Assembly: GCA_963667785.2 (NCBI GenBank)
Contig: CAXXMU010000005.1
Location: 96,001-160,000 of the forward strand
From: Alphaproteobacteria bacterium
Lineage (GTDB): Bacteria > Pseudomonadota > Alphaproteobacteria > UBA828
Length of the DNA stretch: 64,000 nt
Direction: 5' to 3'
Shown here: positions 58,861-64,000 of the stretch, piece by piece
Layout: every line of letters starts with the position of its first letter
Numbering within the stretch: position 1 is the first letter of the stretch
Notes under the pieces: generated by a model
Databases searched by the model: none
Seen by the model: the letters and a program-made list of their open reading frames with translations, nothing else
Told to the model about the DNA's origin: nothing
Translations under genes and position numbers: made by a program

Positions 58861-61192
58861 CGGACGCGACCGGAAGCGCAACGGAGATATCGCGCAGGAT
58901 CGGGTCGGTGGCGACGGCGATCTCGTTCTCGATCTGGGCGCCGCAGCCGGGGCAGCAGAAGAGCCGGAATTCCACCGGATCGTCCACGAAGAGGGCGGGG
59001 TCGCCGATCAGCGGATTGGACTCCGAGACCGGCCGCACGTCCTGCAGGCAGGCGTCCTTGTAGTTGGCATCGAGCGGGCCGAGGGACGCCCCGCACGCGC
59101 CGCAGGCCCAGTAGGCGCCGGCCGCATCCTCGCGCACGTCGAGCGCATCGGTCGCGTGGAGGCGGAGGCTGCCCTCGCGCCCGGGCGGCGGCGATGCGCC
59201 GTTGCCGAGCCGGGCGAGGCGGTCGGCGTGAACGGCGGCGCGGTTGCGCGCGGTCGCGTCCGCGTCCACCGTCACCTCGTCCTCGCCCAGTACGGCCCCA
59301 AAAATCGTCCGCGCGGCGTCCGGCGTGACGTTGCGGTGCAGGAGGTCGTGCTGGATCTTGGCAGGATCGCGCCGCAGGGGATCGCCGAAGCCGCCGCCGC
59401 CGGACCAGCGCACCGCGTAGACGTCCGCCGGGTGCTGGTCGAAGTTCTCCTGCCTGAGCTCCAGATGCTCGGGCCGGCCGGTGACTTCCGAATGGTCCTC
59501 CACCATGCGGCTCGAGGCCATGCGCTCCAGGATGTCGCTCTCGCGGATGAACTGGTAGGCGTTGGTGGTGGACGGGAAGCCACCCATCATGCCGGTCGAC
59601 GTCGGCGTGGCATTGCCCGACGACAGCGTGTCCTGGGTGATGCGGTCGGTGTTGTGGGGGATGAAGCAGGTCTCGGCCGAGAGCCCGCCGCGATACCTGC
59701 CGGCACCGCCGGAATCCGGCAGCTCCTTGCGGTAGAGCACGAGCAGCGGGAAGTTCTGCTCGTTGTGCTCCACGTTGGGGAGCTGGCAGATCGGCGTGCG
59801 CGCCTGGCCGCCGGTGTTGATGCCGTCGGCATGCGCAAAGGCGCCGATGGAGCCACCGATGGGGTCGATCAGAAGGTAGCCGTAGCGCTCGCCCCACTGG
59901 TCGATGCCGCGGAAGAGGGTGGCCGGCCACTGGCTGGTGCCGCCGATGCCCATGATGTCGCCGCGCAGGGTCTCGTCCGAGTAGAGCATCTTGGAGATCG
60001 CGTTGTAGGCGGGGTAGAGCGATATCTCCATCGACTGGGTGGGCGCGGTCGAGACGCTGGCCGGGAAGTCGGCGCAGTTGAGCGTGCCGGCGGTGGGGTC
60101 GAAGTCGATGTGGCGCAGCGCGCCGCCCACCGCGAAAAACTGGTCCCACGCCAGCAGCTCGTTGATCGCCACCATGACCGAGCCGCGCCAGCCGGAATAG
60201 GTGGCGTTCATGGCGCCGTCCTGGGGCGCGGTGCCGTCATTGTCGAAGATCAGCCGGTTGCCCTTCTTGGTGACGGTGATCTGGACCCGGTGGGTGCGCC
60301 GGTCTCCCGGCCGGCAGGCCTCGACATAGGTGCGGTCGCTCCAGGCGCCGTCAGGCAGGCGCTCGAGCTTGGCGAGGAAGGCGGTCTCCGCATTGTCGAT
60401 GATGCGCTTCATCACGCCCTTGACCGTGCGCGGCCCGTAGCGGCGGACGAGCTGCAGCAGGCGCTCGCGCGCGCTCATGTTGCCGGCGAGCTGGGCGCGG
60501 AAATCGAGCGCCACCATTTCCGGCTTGCGCGACGAGCGCAGGTAGAGCTCCTCGATGTCTCGGCGGACCACGTCATTCTCGACGATCTTCACCGGCGGAA
60601 TCAGAATCCCCTCGTCGAAGGCGCTCTCGGCGGCGGGGCAGAAGCTGCCGGGCGTGATGCCGCCGATGTCGTACTGGTGCAGGCAGTTGGTGATCCAGCA
60701 GAAGAGCTCACCCTCCCAGAACACCGGGCAGATCACCATCACGTCCATCTGGTGCGCAGCACCCACCCAGGGGTCGTTGGCGAGGAACATGTCGCCCTCG
60801 CGGATGCCGGGATTGTCGCTGCGGTTCTCCAGGATCCACTTCACCTGCGTGTCGGTGACGCCCGACATGTACTGCATGTAGGGGCCGAAATAGACGAACT
60901 CGGCGTCCTCGGTGAGGATCGAGGGATTGAGGTCCAGCGCGTAGATGGCGACCGGCGAGCCGGAGATGCGCTGGATGGTGGCGCCGTGCTCCTCGTTGAT
61001 GTTCCAGAGGTTGTGGCGGATCACCTCGTAGGTGACCGGGTCGATATCGGTCTCCCAGTCACGATGGAGGGTGAGGGACTCCGAGATGGAGAGCTCGCGC
61101 GGCGGCACGTAGGGATGGGTCACGCCATCGAAACGGGTCTCGGTCATCTCGCTGATGCGCCGCATCGTCGCAACCTGTGGTCCGGTGTTCAT
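58853..61192 (-). CDS. Hydantoinase B/oxoprolinase family protein with C-terminal acetone-carboxylase-gamma-like domain (start uncertain)
   Basis: DPVTYEVI, NDPWVGAAHQMD, HQYDIGG, DSGGAGRYRGG, GGGGFGDP; C-terminal CGAC and CPGC. Confidence 0.85.
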   Translation of the reverse strand: MNTGPQVATMRRISEMTETRFDGVTHPYVPPRELSISESLTLHRDWETDIDPVTYEVIRHNLWNINEEHGATIQRISGSPVAIYALDLNPSILTEDAEFVYFGPYMQYMSGVTDTQVKWILENRSDNPGIREGDMFLANDPWVGAAHQMDVMVICPVFWEGELFCWITNCLHQYDIGGITPGSFCPAAESAFDEGILIPPVKIVENDVVRRDIEELYLRSSRKPEMVALDFRAQLAGNMSARERLLQLVRRYGPRTVKGVMKRIIDNAETAFLAKLERLPDGAWSDRTYVEACRPGDRRTHRVQITVTKKGNRLIFDNDGTAPQDGAMNATYSGWRGSVMVAINELLAWDQFFAVGGALRHIDFDPTAGTLNCADFPASVSTAPTQSMEISLYPAYNAISKMLYSDETLRGDIMGIGGTSQWPATLFRGIDQWGERYGYLLIDPIGGSIGAFAHADGINTGGQARTPICQLPNVEHNEQNFPLLVLYRKELPDSGGAGRYRGGLSAETCFIPHNTDRITQDTLSSGNATPTSTGMMGGFPSTTNAYQFIRESDILERMASSRMVEDHSEVTGRPEHLELRQENFDQHPADVYAVRWSGGGGFGDPLRRDPAKIQHDLLHRNVTPDAARTIFGAVLGEDEVTVDADATARNRAAVHADRLARLGNGASPPPGREGSLRLHATDALDVREDAAGAYWACGACGASLGPLDANYKDACLQDVRPVSESNPLIGDPALFVDDPVEFRLFCCPGCGAQIENEIAVATDPILRDISVALPVASDG

Positions 61193-61226
61193 GGTTGCGC
61201 CTCTCCTGTTGCCGCTTCGCCCCAGC

Positions 61227-62630
61227 CTAGACGTGGATCGCGCGGCCCGCCACCGCCAGCGCCGCCTCCTTGACCGCCTCGTTGAGCGAGGGATGGGCGT
61301 GGCAGGTGCGCGCGATGTCCTCGGCCGAGCCGCCGAACTCCATCACGGCCACGGCCTCGGCGATCAGCGTGCCGGCATCGTGGCCGATGATGTGGACGCC
61401 GAGCACGCGGTCGGTCTCGGCATCCGCCAGCACCTTGACGAAGCCGTCGGTCGCCGACATCGCACGTGCGCGCCCGTTGGCGGCGAAGGGGAAGCGGCCG
61501 ACCGTGTAGTCGATGTCCGCCTCCTCGAGCGCCTCCTCGGTCCGGCCCACGGATGCGACCTCGGGCGCGGTGTAGACGACGCCGGGGATGAGGGCGCGGT
61601 TCACGTGCGCAGCGCCGCCCGCGATGATCTCGGCGACCGCGATCCCCTCCTCCTCCGCCTTGTGGGCGAGCATCGGGCCCGCGATCACGTCGCCGATGGC
61701 ATAGACCCCCGGCAGGCTGGTCTCGAAGCGCTCGTCGACCTCGATGCGGCCCTGGCCGTCCGCCGCGATGCCGACGCCGTCCAGCCCGAGTCCTTCCGTA
61801 TTGGGCCGACGGCCGACCGCCACCAGCACCACGTCCGTGTCGAGCGTCGTGCTCTCGCCGCCGCCCACCGGCTCCATGGTGAGCCGCACGCCCTCGTTGG
61901 TGCGCTCGGCGGCCGTCACCCTGGTGCCGAGCTTGAAGGCGATCTTCTGGCGCCTGAGCAGCCGGTGCATCTGGGTCGCGACCTCCGCGTCCATGCCCGG
62001 CAGCACGCGGTCGAGGAATTCGATCACCGTGACCTTGGCGCCGAGCCGGCTCCACACCGAGCCCATCTCGAGGCCGATGTAGCCGGCGCCGATCACCGCC
62101 ATGCGCTCGGGCACCCGGGGCAGCGCGAGCGCGCCGGTCGACGTGACGATGCGCTCCTCGTCCACACCGACGCCGGCAAGCGGAGCCGAGACGCTGCCGG
62201 TGGCGATCACGATGGCCGCGGCGGTGACGGTGCGGGGCTCAGGCCCTTCGATCGCGACCGCGCCGGGGCCGGTGAGCCGGGCGTGGCCCTCGATGTGGGT
62301 CACGTCGTTCTTCTTCAGCAGCCCGGCGATACCCTTGGTGAGATCGCCGACCACCTTGTCCTTGTGCGCCATCATCGCGTCGAGATCGAGCTCGACGCCG
62401 GAGACCTTGACGCCGTGGCGGGAGAGCTTCGCCCTGGCGTGGGCGTATTCCTCCGAGGTGTGCAGCAGCGCCTTGGACGGGATGCAGCCCACATTGAGGC
62501 AGGTGCCGCCGAGGGTGGGCATCCGCTCGACACACGCCGTGCGCAGGCCGAGCTGGGCCGCGCGGATGGCGGCGACGTAGCCGCCGGGCCCGGCGCCTAC
62601 GACGAGGACGTCGAAATCATGCTCGCTCAT
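61227..62630 (-). CDS. lpdA: Dihydrolipoyl dehydrogenase
   Basis: GGTCLNVGCIPSK, HAHPSLNE. Confidence 0.97.
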   Translation of the reverse strand: MSEHDFDVLVVGAGPGGYVAAIRAAQLGLRTACVERMPTLGGTCLNVGCIPSKALLHTSEEYAHARAKLSRHGVKVSGVELDLDAMMAHKDKVVGDLTKGIAGLLKKNDVTHIEGHARLTGPGAVAIEGPEPRTVTAAAIVIATGSVSAPLAGVGVDEERIVTSTGALALPRVPERMAVIGAGYIGLEMGSVWSRLGAKVTVIEFLDRVLPGMDAEVATQMHRLLRRQKIAFKLGTRVTAAERTNEGVRLTMEPVGGGESTTLDTDVVLVAVGRRPNTEGLGLDGVGIAADGQGRIEVDERFETSLPGVYAIGDVIAGPMLAHKAEEEGIAVAEIIAGGAAHVNRALIPGVVYTAPEVASVGRTEEALEEADIDYTVGRFPFAANGRARAMSATDGFVKVLADAETDRVLGVHIIGHDAGTLIAEAVAVMEFGGSAEDIARTCHAHPSLNEAVKEAALAVAGRAIHV

Positions 62631-62656
62631 GGCGGCTCCCGCCGGCCGTGCCGGCG

Positions 62657-63939
<1,283 letters not shown>

Positions 63940-63943
<4 letters not shown>

Positions 63944-64000
63944 GGCCCGGCCTCGCCGTCGAGGGCCGCGTCGATCAGCGCCTGTTGCTCGCGCTGGTGC
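63940..64000 (-). CDS. sucA: 3' end of 2-oxoglutarate dehydrogenase E1 (partial)
   Basis: Reads [19 protein letters not shown]-stop, with GTGA overlap into sucB. Confidence 0.75.

Overview
High-GC alphaproteobacterial chromosome segment; the sulfonate/Apr gene content would fit a marine or invertebrate-associated lineage (inference). In order it carries: the 3' part of rpoB, with an unusual ~71-aa SH3-like in-frame insertion, and rpoC; a LivKHMGF-type ABC transporter with oxidoreductases; a MetE-core-like gene followed by rubredoxin; an accessory cassette (nucleotidyltransferase-like/NDK-like fusion plus a kinase) bracketed by copies of a ~151-bp structured TAG/CTAG-ended repeat; msrB; a LacI regulator divergent from tauABC-xsc-pta, which converges on sauS-sucC/D-like-citrate synthase; an NCS2 permease fused to a degenerate RsbW-like domain; sdhCDAB-mdh; aprM-aprB-aprA-sat; a di-heme protein, class III aminotransferase and hydantoinase-B fusion; and lpd-sucB-sucA(3' end). 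Main lead: the LacI-type palindrome TGTAACCGGTTACA occurs as three near-matches in the tauA promoter and again 30 kb away in the aprM promoter, suggesting one regulon coupling C2-sulfonate desulfonation to sulfite oxidation. No rRNA, tRNA, CRISPR array or transposase was seen. All calls are by eye from motifs; no searches were run.
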